A DNA stretch of 16,144 bases from a bacterium (GTDB lineage: Bacteria; Hinthialibacterota; Hinthialibacteria; Hinthialibacterales; Hinthialibacteraceae), in the NCBI GenBank assembly GCA_041946805.1, contig JBHGBC010000140.1, forward strand, positions 1 through 16,144, read 5' to 3'. The position numbers and the translations under genes are program-made. This document shows, one piece after another, positions 6,365 to 14,665 of the stretch. Each line of letters begins with the position of its first letter. Position 1 is the stretch's first letter. A model generated the notes under the pieces. The model saw only the letters and a program-made list of their open reading frames with translations, did not search any database and had not been told where the DNA came from.

Positions 6365-7270
6365 TTACATGGCGATGATCTGATCCATGGCCTGGGCGAC
6401 GTTCTCCCGCAGAAACTCCAAACCGCCGCCTTGCACTTCCGCCGCGAAATAGCCTTCATAACCGATTTCGTCGAAGGCTTTCATCACTTCCTTCCAGCTC
6501 ACGGATCCCTTGAGCAGGTTGACGAAGTCGAAGGTCATGAAGCCCGTGATCTTGACGTCCTTGACATCCACCCGGGCGATCTGCTTGCCCAGGGTGCGGA
6601 TCCAGTCCTGGGGAAACCCATAGCGCAGTATGTTGCCGACATCGAACCACGCCTTCACCCGCGGACTGTTCACTTCCTCGAGGAAAGCCAGAAATTCGAT
6701 GGGGCTGATCAAAAGGTTGTTCCACACGTTTTCCAAGCCGATGGTGATGCCCATGTCCTCCGCGATGGGGGCCAGTTCCTTGACCGCCTTCAGCGACCGC
6801 GCATAGGCGTCCTTGTACATCACCTCCGGGCTGACCACGCCGGGGACCAGCAGCACCATGTCGCCGCCCATGTCCTTGGAGTTCTTCAGGCTGACCTTCA
6901 TGCCTTCCATACACTTGGCCACGACCTTGGGATCGGGGCTGGAAAGAGGGCTCGACCAATGCGTGGAGCAAATGATTGCGTCCAGGTGAATCCCCACCTC
7001 GTCCGCCGCCTTGCGGAGGGCGTCGACTTCCTTGGGATCGAACATGGTGTCGGGCTCGACCGCGTCGAAGCCGGCGTCCTTGGCGATCTGCAGCCGCTGC
7101 TTGAGGGTGAGTTTGTTTTTGTTCTCGTCTTGATCGGCAACCATCCCCAGTTTCAGGGTTTTCTTGATTTTCCGGCCTTCCGCCGCTCCGGCCCGGCTGG
7201 TGGTTCCCAGCACCGCGGCGGCCGCCAGTCCGGTCTGGATGAAACTCCGGCGATCCAACGTGTTCATCAT
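6365..7270 (-). CDS. Tat-exported sugar phosphate isomerase/epimerase (xylose isomerase-like TIM barrel, AP_endonuc_2 family)
   Basis: Twin-arginine signal DRRSFIQTGLAAAAVLG. Motifs AKDAGFDAVE, VLLVPG, IGLENVWN, WFDVGN, VDVKD, IGYEGYFAAEV. SD AGGAG 8 nt upstream. Confidence 0.88.
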   Translation of the reverse strand: MMNTLDRRSFIQTGLAAAAVLGTTSRAGAAEGRKIKKTLKLGMVADQDENKNKLTLKQRLQIAKDAGFDAVEPDTMFDPKEVDALRKAADEVGIHLDAIICSTHWSSPLSSPDPKVVAKCMEGMKVSLKNSKDMGGDMVLLVPGVVSPEVMYKDAYARSLKAVKELAPIAEDMGITIGLENVWNNLLISPIEFLAFLEEVNSPRVKAWFDVGNILRYGFPQDWIRTLGKQIARVDVKDVKITGFMTFDFVNLLKGSVSWKEVMKAFDEIGYEGYFAAEVQGGGLEFLRENVAQAMDQIIAM

Positions 7271-7726
7271 GATTCATTCTCCTGTTCTTATATGAATGGT
7301 GGACAGAGTGGATTCCTCTTGAACCCCCGCCGCGGAGAGGATCTCCGCTCAGGCGTATCGGATTCGCCATGCTCCAATACGATGTTTTTTCCTCTCCGGA
7401 TAGTCCGTTATAGTCTTACCAGATGACGGCGGCCGTTGCCTAGCCTGCTGACCCTGAAATCACGTCAATGCTTTCCGGTCATTTCACCGTCCGGTTCGAA
7501 CTCGAAAACCGATTGTAGAACATTCAAACGCCCGCTTCCATGCTGAGCCGGGTTCTGTGGAATCAGTCTTTCCCGGATCCTTGTCCGGGTATGCGGAAGA
7601 GATCCCGTTTCCCACATCCGATTCCCATTTCCAGGGCTTGCCTGATTGTGTGCCTGTGGTAGGGTGAATTGTTATCCGTTTACCCTCCCCGAGGCGCTGC
7701 CCCGGGGATTTGAAACGAGGCGTTTC

Positions 7727-8830
7727 ATGATCCCACTCGCGCAACGTACCACCCGTATCGATTCCTCCGGCATCCGCAAGGTTTTCGCCCTGGCGGCGGA
7801 TTTGAAGGACCCGGTCAACCTCTCCATCGGCCAGCCGCATTTCGACATTCCCGATGAGATTAAAAACGTCGCGCTGGAAGCGATACGCTCGGGCAAGAAC
7901 GCCTACACGCAAACCGCCGGCCTTACCGAGCTGCGCGATAAGATCAAGCAGCATTACCGGAACAAAGGCCTGGACCTCGGCGGCGAGGTGATGGTCACGT
8001 CCGGCGTCTCCGGCGGGATCCTGCTCGCCTTTCTGGCCATTCTGGACGAAGGGGACGAGATCATCATTCCCGATCCCTATTTCGTCATGTACAAGCATCT
8101 GTGCAATTTCATCCACGCGAAGCCGGTGTACGTGGACACCTACCCGGATTTCCAACTCGACCCGGAGAAGATCGCGCGCCTCGTCACCCCGCGCACCAAG
8201 GCCATCCTGATCAACAGCCCGTGCAATCCCACGGGCCAGGTATGCCCGGCTGAAACCTTGCAGGCGGTGGCGGCGGTGGCCGAAAAACACGGCCTGCTGA
8301 TCCTCACCGATGAAATCTACGAGAGTTTTCTCTACGAGGGCGAACACCACTCGCCGGCCGAATATTATCCCTACTGCATGATCCTCTCGGGATTCTCCAA
8401 GTCCTCGGCCATGACCGGCTGGCGGCTGGGCTACGCGTACGGGCCCAAGGAGATCATCGCGGCGATGATCAACATCCAAATGTATTCGTTCGTCTGCGCC
8501 CCCAGCTTCGCCCAATACGCCGGCCTGGCGGCCCTGGATTACGACATGAGCGCGCACCGGGCGGACTACCGGCGGAAGCGGGACCGCATCTACAACGGAC
8601 TCAAACCCTATTACAACGTGGTGAAACCCAGCGGCGCGTTTTACATCTTTCCCGAGGCCCCCGGCGGCGACGGCGAGGCCTTCGTCAAGCGGGCGATCCA
8701 GAATAACCTGCTGATCGTCCCGGGCAATTCGTTTTCCGAACGCAACACGCATTTCCGCATTTCCTACGCCGCCAGCGGCGAGACTATCGACAAGGGCATC
8801 GAAATCCTCCAAAAAATGGCAGGGGATTAA
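7727..8830 (+). CDS. PLP-dependent aminotransferase class I/II (aspartate aminotransferase-like)
   Basis: NLSIGQPHF, YTQTAGL.ELR, GDEIIIPDPYF, INSPCNPTG, TDEIYE, PLP-lysine motif SGFSKSSAMTGWRLGY, GAFYIF, FRISYA. Start moved to ATG 7727, behind SD GAGG (367 aa). Confidence 0.93.
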   Translation: MIPLAQRTTRIDSSGIRKVFALAADLKDPVNLSIGQPHFDIPDEIKNVALEAIRSGKNAYTQTAGLTELRDKIKQHYRNKGLDLGGEVMVTSGVSGGILLAFLAILDEGDEIIIPDPYFVMYKHLCNFIHAKPVYVDTYPDFQLDPEKIARLVTPRTKAILINSPCNPTGQVCPAETLQAVAAVAEKHGLLILTDEIYESFLYEGEHHSPAEYYPYCMILSGFSKSSAMTGWRLGYAYGPKEIIAAMINIQMYSFVCAPSFAQYAGLAALDYDMSAHRADYRRKRDRIYNGLKPYYNVVKPSGAFYIFPEAPGGDGEAFVKRAIQNNLLIVPGNSFSERNTHFRISYAASGETIDKGIEILQKMAGD

Positions 8831-8937
8831 GAATCGCCGTTGTATTCGTTGATTTGGTGGCGTGGATGACGGAGTCGACTTGCATCACCGCTCCCGCCGG
8901 TTGGCCCTCCTGGCTGCGCGGGCATTCCGCCCTCCGG

Positions 8938-9148
8938 CCACCTCCCTTTGGAAGAGGGCCAGGGTGAGGGTTCATCCGAATAGGCGTACTGCACTGATTC
9001 CCACTTCCCTTGGAAGAGGGCCAGGCCGTGGGAATCCAGCGCCCCTTTCAAGGGGCCGCCGAATAGCAGCCCAGGATTTCAACCCTGGGCGTATTGACCC
9101 TGGGCTGAAGACCTTCCCTCTCCCCTTGGAAGTGGGCCGGGGTGAGGG
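8938..9148 (+). repeat. Mosaic repeat cluster upstream of mgtE
   Basis: Triplex elements at 8938-8970, about 9000-9025 (partial) and 9116-9148. Two-hairpin module GCCCCTTTCAAGGGGC..AGCCCAGGATTTCAACCCTGGGC at 9041-9090, followed by a 15-bp-period duplication to 9105. Confidence 0.85.
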
Positions 9149-9264
9149 TCATTCCAAATGGGTGTAACTCAACCGTACCACGGGACGGCATTCCAACGGT
9201 TCCCTGTTTCAACCCGGGGCATCGGCTTCGATCCGGATTCCGGATCTATCGAAAGAGGGTATAT

Positions 9265-10257
9265 ATGGAAACACGAATCACGGCGGATAATCTGCACGAT
9301 CCCGTGCACGCGTACGTGCGGCGGGACACGGCCACGCTGCGGATAGAACAAACCGTGCAAGAAGCGTTGGACGCCCTGCGCCACCAGGAACTGAGCGAGC
9401 GGATCGTCTATTTTTACGTGGTGGACGCGGATCACCGGGTGATAGGCGTGGTTCCCGTACGCCGGCTGCTGAGCGCCGGCCTGGATCAGCGCGTCGAAGC
9501 GATCATGGTGCGGGGGGCGGTGACCGTCCCCGCGTCGGCCACTGTGCTGCAAGCGTGCGAGATGCTTCTGAAACATCGCTACCTGGCGTTGCCCGTCGTG
9601 GATGAAACCGGGAAACTGCAAGGGGTGGTGGACGTGCAATTGTTCACCGACGAAGTGAGCGAACTGGCGCAAAAGGCCGAGGTGGATCACGCGTTCCAGC
9701 TGATCGGCGTGCACGTGGCTCTGGGGCGGGTGGTCTCATCCTGGGTCAGTTTCATGGACCGTTTCCCGTGGCTGCTCAGCAATATCACCAGCGGGGTCAT
9801 CTGCGCCTTCATCGCCGGGCAGTACGAGTTGTTGATCAGCGAATTCGCCATCCTCGTGTTTTTTATCACACTGGTGCTGGCGCTGGGGGAGAGCGTCAGC
9901 ATGCAATCCATGACCATCACGCTGCAGACCCTCTTGCAGCGGGATATCACGTGGGGCCAATTATGGAACGCGGCGCGGAAGGAATTCGGGACGGCGGCTC
10001 TGCTGGGTTGCGCGAGCGGGCTCCTGGTGGGGATCGTCGCATTCCTCTGGCGGGGGAATTGGCTGGCGTCGGTTTCGATCGGACTCAGCATCGGCCTCTC
10101 GATCATCACGGCCTGCCTGCTGGGGGTGCTGATCCCCTCCGCGATCCGCGCGCTGCGGATCGATCCCAAGGTGGCTTCCGGGCCCATCGTCCTCGCCTCG
10201 GCCGATATCTTGACGCTGCTGTATTACTACAATCTCGGGGAACTCTTGTTACGCTGA
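9265..10257 (+). CDS. mgtE: MgtE-family magnesium transporter (CBS pair plus TM domain, no N-domain)
   Basis: CBS motifs IVYFYVVD..RVIGVV..RRLL and YLALPVVDETGKLQGVV. TM domain RFPWLL, LALGESVSMQS.TIT, G.LIP...RALRIDPKVASGPIVLASADI with the conserved pore Asp. Start ATG 9265 behind AAGAGGG (330 aa). Confidence 0.88.
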   Translation: METRITADNLHDPVHAYVRRDTATLRIEQTVQEALDALRHQELSERIVYFYVVDADHRVIGVVPVRRLLSAGLDQRVEAIMVRGAVTVPASATVLQACEMLLKHRYLALPVVDETGKLQGVVDVQLFTDEVSELAQKAEVDHAFQLIGVHVALGRVVSSWVSFMDRFPWLLSNITSGVICAFIAGQYELLISEFAILVFFITLVLALGESVSMQSMTITLQTLLQRDITWGQLWNAARKEFGTAALLGCASGLLVGIVAFLWRGNWLASVSIGLSIGLSIITACLLGVLIPSAIRALRIDPKVASGPIVLASADILTLLYYYNLGELLLR

Positions 10258-10483
10258 TAGACCTTCCCTCTCCCTCTAGGAGAGGGCCAGGATGAGGGAA
10301 AATAGCCCCGCAGGGGCGCTTCCTGCTTTAGCCAGGGGTAAAACCCCTGGCATACATCCAACTCCCTCTCCCCTTGGAAGAATGCCGGGCGGCGCAAATC
10401 TCGCGCCCCTTTCAAGAGGCCGCCTATAATAGCCCAGGGTTTCAACCCTGGGCGTATGAACCTTGGGCGTATTGACCCCGGGC
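10253..10483 (+). repeat. Mosaic repeat cluster downstream of mgtE, homologous to the upstream cluster
   Basis: Triplex element 10266-10298, module 10305-10351, partial triplex 10364-10380, module 10405-10453 and 15-bp tandem units 10444-10483. Confidence 0.85.
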
Positions 10484-10532
10484 ACATTCTGGATGTTCTT
10501 CTGTCATCCCCTCCATCCGCACTTCGGGAACC

Positions 10533-12449
10533 TCATGGTTGACCGGCCTGATCGCCGCCCGCCCGGGGCGCGATAATTTCCGCGAAGCGGTCCGGACGGC
10601 TTTCGTCGCGGACCAGGTCCGCGTGGCGCAGGCCGCCCGCGTAATCGAGGGTGACTGTCTCGAAATCCTCCCCCCGCGGCATTAACAATTCCACAGCCTG
10701 TCCGGAAGCGCTTCCCGCGATGGCGCCGGTCAGGCGGTTCCTGTTGAATTGGTGTCCGTTCACGCCGGTGATCCGCGCGCCTTCCCGCAGTTGCGCCCGG
10801 TCGGCGGGGCCGCCGGGAACGATCCGGGAAATGACGCCCTCCTCATCCACCGCCATCCCCAGCGAGGCCAGGAACGGAGATTTCTCGTACGGCGTGGGCT
10901 GGTTGGAATACTCCAACCGGTACCCGGCGCGTTCAAGCAGGTCCAGGGGAAGATCCTCCCGCAATCCCCGCACGCGCCGCTCGATCAATTCCTTCCAGTC
11001 ATACGGGAGCAACCCGTTGAGCCGATCCGTTATCTCGTTTTCATCGTATCCGGCCGTTTCCACGCCCGGCTGGTAGCGGCCCAGGAACCGCCGGATGAAA
11101 TCGTCCAGGCTGAGTTTCCCGCCGCTTTTTTCCCGAAGCAGGCAGTCCATTTCGAACCAGAGCAACGCGCCTTCGAAATAATAATCCTGCGGGCGGTTGA
11201 GCGCGGACCAATACCGGCTTCCTCCGCGGCGGAAATGGCTGGATGCGCCGGTGTCTTCCAGGCTGATCGTTCGCCGGCCCTTCTGGTAGGACAGTTCGAT
11301 CAAAGTGTTCCCGATCCCCATCCACCCGTTTTGCAGCGCGCCCTCCAGAGCGGTCTGCCTTTTAGTCGTGAGCAGGCCCGCGCGGGCGGCGAGCACCACG
11401 CCCAGATACTCGTCCAAGCCTTCATACACCCACAGCAGGCGCGTATCGAGCGGCGTTTGAAAATCCGGGACGATCATGCCCCGCGGCCGGTGGTACTTGC
11501 CGCACCAGCGGTGGGCGTACTCGTGCGCCAGAAGCAGTCCGGTCAACGGGAGGGCCTCTTCATCCCGCAGGCCGTTTTCCCCCACGATGTTGAGGCTGGA
11601 GCGCAGATGCTCGAGGCCGGTGAAGGGCAGGGAATCGCTCAAGAGCACAAGAAAATGATACGGATAATCATGCGCGGTTCCGAACAGGGCCATCGCTTCG
11701 GCGGCCAGGTTTCGGAACGAATCCACGGCCGCCTCCTCCAGCTGGACGGCGCGTTCCGATCCGGAGACGAGATGGAGAACATGCGGCGTGCCGCCCGGCG
11801 GCGTGATGTCATATGCGCGCGAAAACCGCCCGGCGATCACGGGACTGTCGATCAGCGTTTCCAGATTCGGGGTCTCCAATTGGATCTCTCCGCCGTCCGC
11901 GCTGCGTTGACCCAGCGAGGACGCGCATTGCCAATTCGCCGGCAGGAGGAGGGAAAGATCCACGGCGATGTCCCGTGCCTCCAGCCCTGCGGGATACACC
12001 AGGCACGTGTTCCAGGCGATCACTCCCGCCAGCGAGGACGCGAGGCAATCGGCGCCTTCGGAATTGACCGAAGCTTCGTTGCCGATATAAGTCGTTTCCA
12101 CGATCAGGCGGTCGAGTTTCTCGGGAATCTCCACCAGAAAGCGATACGGATCGTGAGGATCCCGCCGCCACGAAAGCGGTTGGCCTTCAGGGGAACGCAT
12201 GGCGATTTCGGCCAGATTTTCGATGGGGCCGCCGGGCGCGTGCGTGCCGGGGACCCAGCGGGGATAAAACAGGACGCAGGTTCCGGGGGAAACGTTGAAT
12301 TCCAACATGGATTTCACCAGGCCGCGGGGCAGCCCGGTGGCGTCCACCCGCGCGCGCAGAACGGTCCCGGCGGCGGGGGAACCGGACGCGAATCCCGCCA
12401 GCAACAACCACGCGGCCACACCGGTGAGCAGTCGTCGGACTCGGAGCAT
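10533..12449 (-). CDS. M61-family (glycyl aminopeptidase-like) metallopeptidase with C-terminal PDZ domain, secreted
   Basis: Signal peptide MLRVRRLLTGVAAWLLLAG. YPRWVPG.H, LIDSPVIAG, GLEH..SS, zinc motif LLAHEYAHRW.GK..RP, LWVYEG..EY, DYY.EGALLW, SLDDF, PDZ GGPADRAQL..G..I.GVNG. Start ATG 12449 behind GAGG (638 aa). Confidence 0.9.
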   Translation of the reverse strand: MLRVRRLLTGVAAWLLLAGFASGSPAAGTVLRARVDATGLPRGLVKSMLEFNVSPGTCVLFYPRWVPGTHAPGGPIENLAEIAMRSPEGQPLSWRRDPHDPYRFLVEIPEKLDRLIVETTYIGNEASVNSEGADCLASSLAGVIAWNTCLVYPAGLEARDIAVDLSLLLPANWQCASSLGQRSADGGEIQLETPNLETLIDSPVIAGRFSRAYDITPPGGTPHVLHLVSGSERAVQLEEAAVDSFRNLAAEAMALFGTAHDYPYHFLVLLSDSLPFTGLEHLRSSLNIVGENGLRDEEALPLTGLLLAHEYAHRWCGKYHRPRGMIVPDFQTPLDTRLLWVYEGLDEYLGVVLAARAGLLTTKRQTALEGALQNGWMGIGNTLIELSYQKGRRTISLEDTGASSHFRRGGSRYWSALNRPQDYYFEGALLWFEMDCLLREKSGGKLSLDDFIRRFLGRYQPGVETAGYDENEITDRLNGLLPYDWKELIERRVRGLREDLPLDLLERAGYRLEYSNQPTPYEKSPFLASLGMAVDEEGVISRIVPGGPADRAQLREGARITGVNGHQFNRNRLTGAIAGSASGQAVELLMPRGEDFETVTLDYAGGLRHADLVRDESRPDRFAEIIAPRAGGDQAGQP

Positions 12450-12599
12450 GAGCGCCTCGGGAAGAAAAGCAGTATGAACATCATTGTAAGGATGATCCAC
12501 TCCCGGGTGAACTCCTCCCACTTTGTTTCCATAAGCCTCCAACCGGGTAAGCGGATTGATTCACCCATCATTGTTTAAGCGCCAATGGATTTTTTTGAG

Positions 12600-12810
12600 C
12601 GCCGGCGAGGCGGCATGGGCATAGCCCAGGGCGCTAGCCCGGGATGCTGGCTCGATGGATACACCTCCCTCTCCCGTAACTAGTTACGGGTTTGCGGAAC
12701 AGTTTTTGAGCGCCAACGGAGCGTTTGAATTAGCCCATTGCTTTATCCCTGGGATGGTCACAGCCGCGGCCTTGAATTCCCTCTCCCTCTGGGAGAGGGT
12801 TAGGGTTGGG
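12600..12810 (+). repeat. Mosaic repeat cluster: two degenerate two-hairpin modules, each followed by a triplex-type arm
   Basis: TTTTTGAGCGCC..TAGCCCA..CC(T)GGGATG occurs twice (about 12592-12646 and 12703-12756). CCCTCTCCC at 12667; full element CCCTCTCCC-TCT-GGGAGAGGG-TTA-GGGTTGGG at 12779-12810. Confidence 0.75.
12673..12690. promoter_or_regulatory. Perfect 18-bp palindrome, possible operator
   Basis: CCCGTAACTAGTTACGGG is its own reverse complement and lies about 220 bp upstream of the M61 start. Confidence 0.35.
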
Positions 12811-13292
12811 AAGCCGTGGAAGGGCTCAATTCATCCTCTAGATCGGTGCAATCGGGTAAATGAATACCCTCTCCCTTTATGCGGATCTTTACCCAGAAGA
12901 CCTGATCCGGCGGGAGATTTTCATCCCCGCATCCGCGGGATGACTGGGTGTTCGCGGCTTCATGACACGGGGGGAATCATTGTTGAGATGACCTATATTG
13001 TATGGATTATAACAATATAGAAGTAAAACGATATGAAAGAAACAATCAGGTGCTGTCATTCATCCGGGATGACGGAATCCAGAAGCTGGAAAATCGGCGG
13101 CCCCGGAAGCGGCCCGGCCGATGCGGCCGCGCATGGCTTGATCCATAATATGTATAACTATATAGTACAGTATTAAACAATATAAATCCAAACAAAAAAC
13201 GTTCTCCCGCAAACGGAGTCCGGCGAGGGCGGCGGCGCCGCGTCATACCCGTATTCAGGGCGGGAAATGATGGGGGGATCGTAGCCGGCCGG

Positions 13293-14150
13293 TCAGTCCG
13301 CCGGCTGCGCCTGGGCCAGAAGCCGGTTGAGGACGGTGGAGGTGGAGGCGATGGCGGGGGCCTCGCCGCGGGATTTGCGCTGGGCCGTCAACTGGTTGTA
13401 ACTCTCGATCACCTTGGCCAGGTACTTCTGCGGAAACGGGCCGCCTTCCTTGCGCCGCTTTTCAAACAACACCGGCCCCAGATTGTACGCGTAGATCGCG
13501 TGATCGAGATTCTTGTACCGCAGCATCAATTGCGTCAAATACAGCGTCCCCAGCTCGATGTTGCCCCGGATATCCTGGAAATGCGGGACCGATGCGTCTT
13601 CCGCGTCCTGGAGGAGGCTCAGCATCTTGGGGGTCTGCTCGACGCGCCGCGCCAACGCCTGGCCCGTGCTGGGCATCAGCTGCATCAGGCCGTGCGCGCC
13701 GGCCGGCGAGATGGCCTGGGGTTGAAAGGAGGATTCGGTGTAAATGAGGGCGAGCAGAAGGAAGGGATCGTGGCCGTATTTTTGACTGATTTCATCGACG
13801 ATTTTCGCGATTTTCTTTTTCTCCTCGTAGGTGACTCCGGCCGAACTCAGATCCTGGATCGCGTCGAGGATCTCCACCCGCCTCTCCAACTGCTTGATGC
13901 GCTGCCGGTATTGCTGAATCACATAATCCCGCTCCTTGATGTTGTTCTGCAATTCGATCTCGATGCGGCGGGATTTTTCTAACTCGTTGTCCTTCTTCAC
14001 GATCCAATACATCGAACCCGTGCCGTACACCAGGCCCGTCACGAACAGCAACGCGACCAGGGTCAGAAGCCGATTCGATTGCCGCCGTTTGCGTTCTCGG
14101 CCGGGATTGGAGACCTCTCCCCGCCGGATGAATTTCAGTATAGATTTCAT
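13293..14150 (-). CDS. Membrane-anchored lytic transglycosylase (SLT domain) with coiled-coil linker
   Basis: TM LLTLVALLFVTGLVYG, coiled coil (ELQNNIKERD..IKQLERRVEIL) and SLT motifs LALIYTESSF, GAHGLMQLMPSTG, NIELGTLYL, AYNLG. Start ATG 14150 behind GAAGGA (285 aa). Confidence 0.92.
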   Translation of the reverse strand: MKSILKFIRRGEVSNPGRERKRRQSNRLLTLVALLFVTGLVYGTGSMYWIVKKDNELEKSRRIEIELQNNIKERDYVIQQYRQRIKQLERRVEILDAIQDLSSAGVTYEEKKKIAKIVDEISQKYGHDPFLLLALIYTESSFQPQAISPAGAHGLMQLMPSTGQALARRVEQTPKMLSLLQDAEDASVPHFQDIRGNIELGTLYLTQLMLRYKNLDHAIYAYNLGPVLFEKRRKEGGPFPQKYLAKVIESYNQLTAQRKSRGEAPAIASTSTVLNRLLAQAQPAD

Positions 14151-14369
14151 GATGGTTTCCTTCACTCACTCGATCTAACGTACTTTTCCACCCAAAACAC
14201 AAATCAGGCATCCGTTTCTGGTTCGAAAACCAGCAGCGTAACAATGAACCCTCCTCGTTGCGTCGATCAGGTATCCCTAGGCGTTGCGGGTTCGAGGGAA
14301 AGGCCAGCGGAATCTTCCTGGATCCACAAAGGATCCGAGTTACTTGAGTTCTTACGATGCGAACCCGGC
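14151..14369 (-). ncRNA. Candidate structured 5' leader of the transglycosylase gene
   Basis: On the minus strand, the 8-bp helix CGGGTTCG (14367-14360)/CGAACCCG (14294-14287) encloses the GGATCC-TTTGT-GGATCC hairpin. An alternative partner GGGTTC lies at 14251-14246, and hairpin CTGGTT-TTCG-AACCAG at 14233-14218. No known family recognised. Confidence 0.3.
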
Positions 14370-14375
14370 AAGGTA

Positions 14376-14404
14376 ACGGTAGCACGCGAAAACAATTGAG
14401 TCAA
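14376..14404 (-). promoter_or_regulatory. Candidate sigma70 promoter of the transglycosylase gene
   Basis: Minus strand TTGACT (14404-14399), 17-bp spacer, then TACCGT (14381-14376) with TG in the extended -10 position and AT-rich sequence upstream. Predicted start G at about 14369. Confidence 0.5.
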
Positions 14405-14665
14405 AAAATCAAAATGGCCAGGCCCCGGTTCGTTTCCATACCTATTTTCTTACATATCAAGACAATCCCGCCCGGGATATTGTTTCACTTTTTGACATTA
14501 TATTTTCCCGGCCGGATTACGTATCACTATACTGTTACAATGTGATCGTTTAACAGGTTTATTTTGTTGCAGAATTATAAATCAGGCTCGGCCGATACGT
14601 GCGTACATTTTTCCGCGTGCGTGACCGGCCATCGAATAGACGGATGGGAGTGATCTACCCGAAAT

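Noticed and set aside
5444..6459. Cluster of 60-90 aa ORFs, some ending in PSPWPSPSGRG-like peptides (similar ORFs at 8827-9167, 10227-10487, 12655-13020, 14582-14911)
   Set aside because: The recurring peptide is simply the translation of the triplex repeat. The ORFs run through palindromic repeats and lack convincing SD sequences.
7646..7726. Extended N-termini from the ORF track (also 9142-9264, 12450-12542, 14151-14165, 15541-15597)
   Set aside because: Downstream ATGs have clear SD motifs and match expected domain or signal-peptide starts; the extensions are low-information or run through repeats.
10749..12578. 609-aa ORF on + strand, and similar long antisense ORFs at 500-1006, 1016-1732, 4034-5086, 6431-7426, 7484-8812, 13500-13982 and 14824-15480
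   Set aside because: Each lies opposite a better-supported gene, shows no family motifs, and is expected as a shadow ORF in GC-rich codon-biased DNA.
12985..13200. AT-rich patches with the short palindrome ACTATATAGT (13157-13166)
   Set aside because: No credible ORF, boundary repeats or complete operator consensus; too little evidence to call.
14151..14369. c-di-AMP (ydaO), c-di-GMP riboswitch or 6S RNA
   Set aside because: Apart from a short CGAACCCG resemblance, the conserved ydaO segments (GCTGAA, GGGGGAACC, CAGCTAAC), the c-di-GMP-I motifs and the 6S long rod are not seen.
14492..14533. TTGACA on + strand as a promoter
   Set aside because: No acceptable -10 at 16-18 bp (TATACT is 30 bp away) and no + strand gene downstream.
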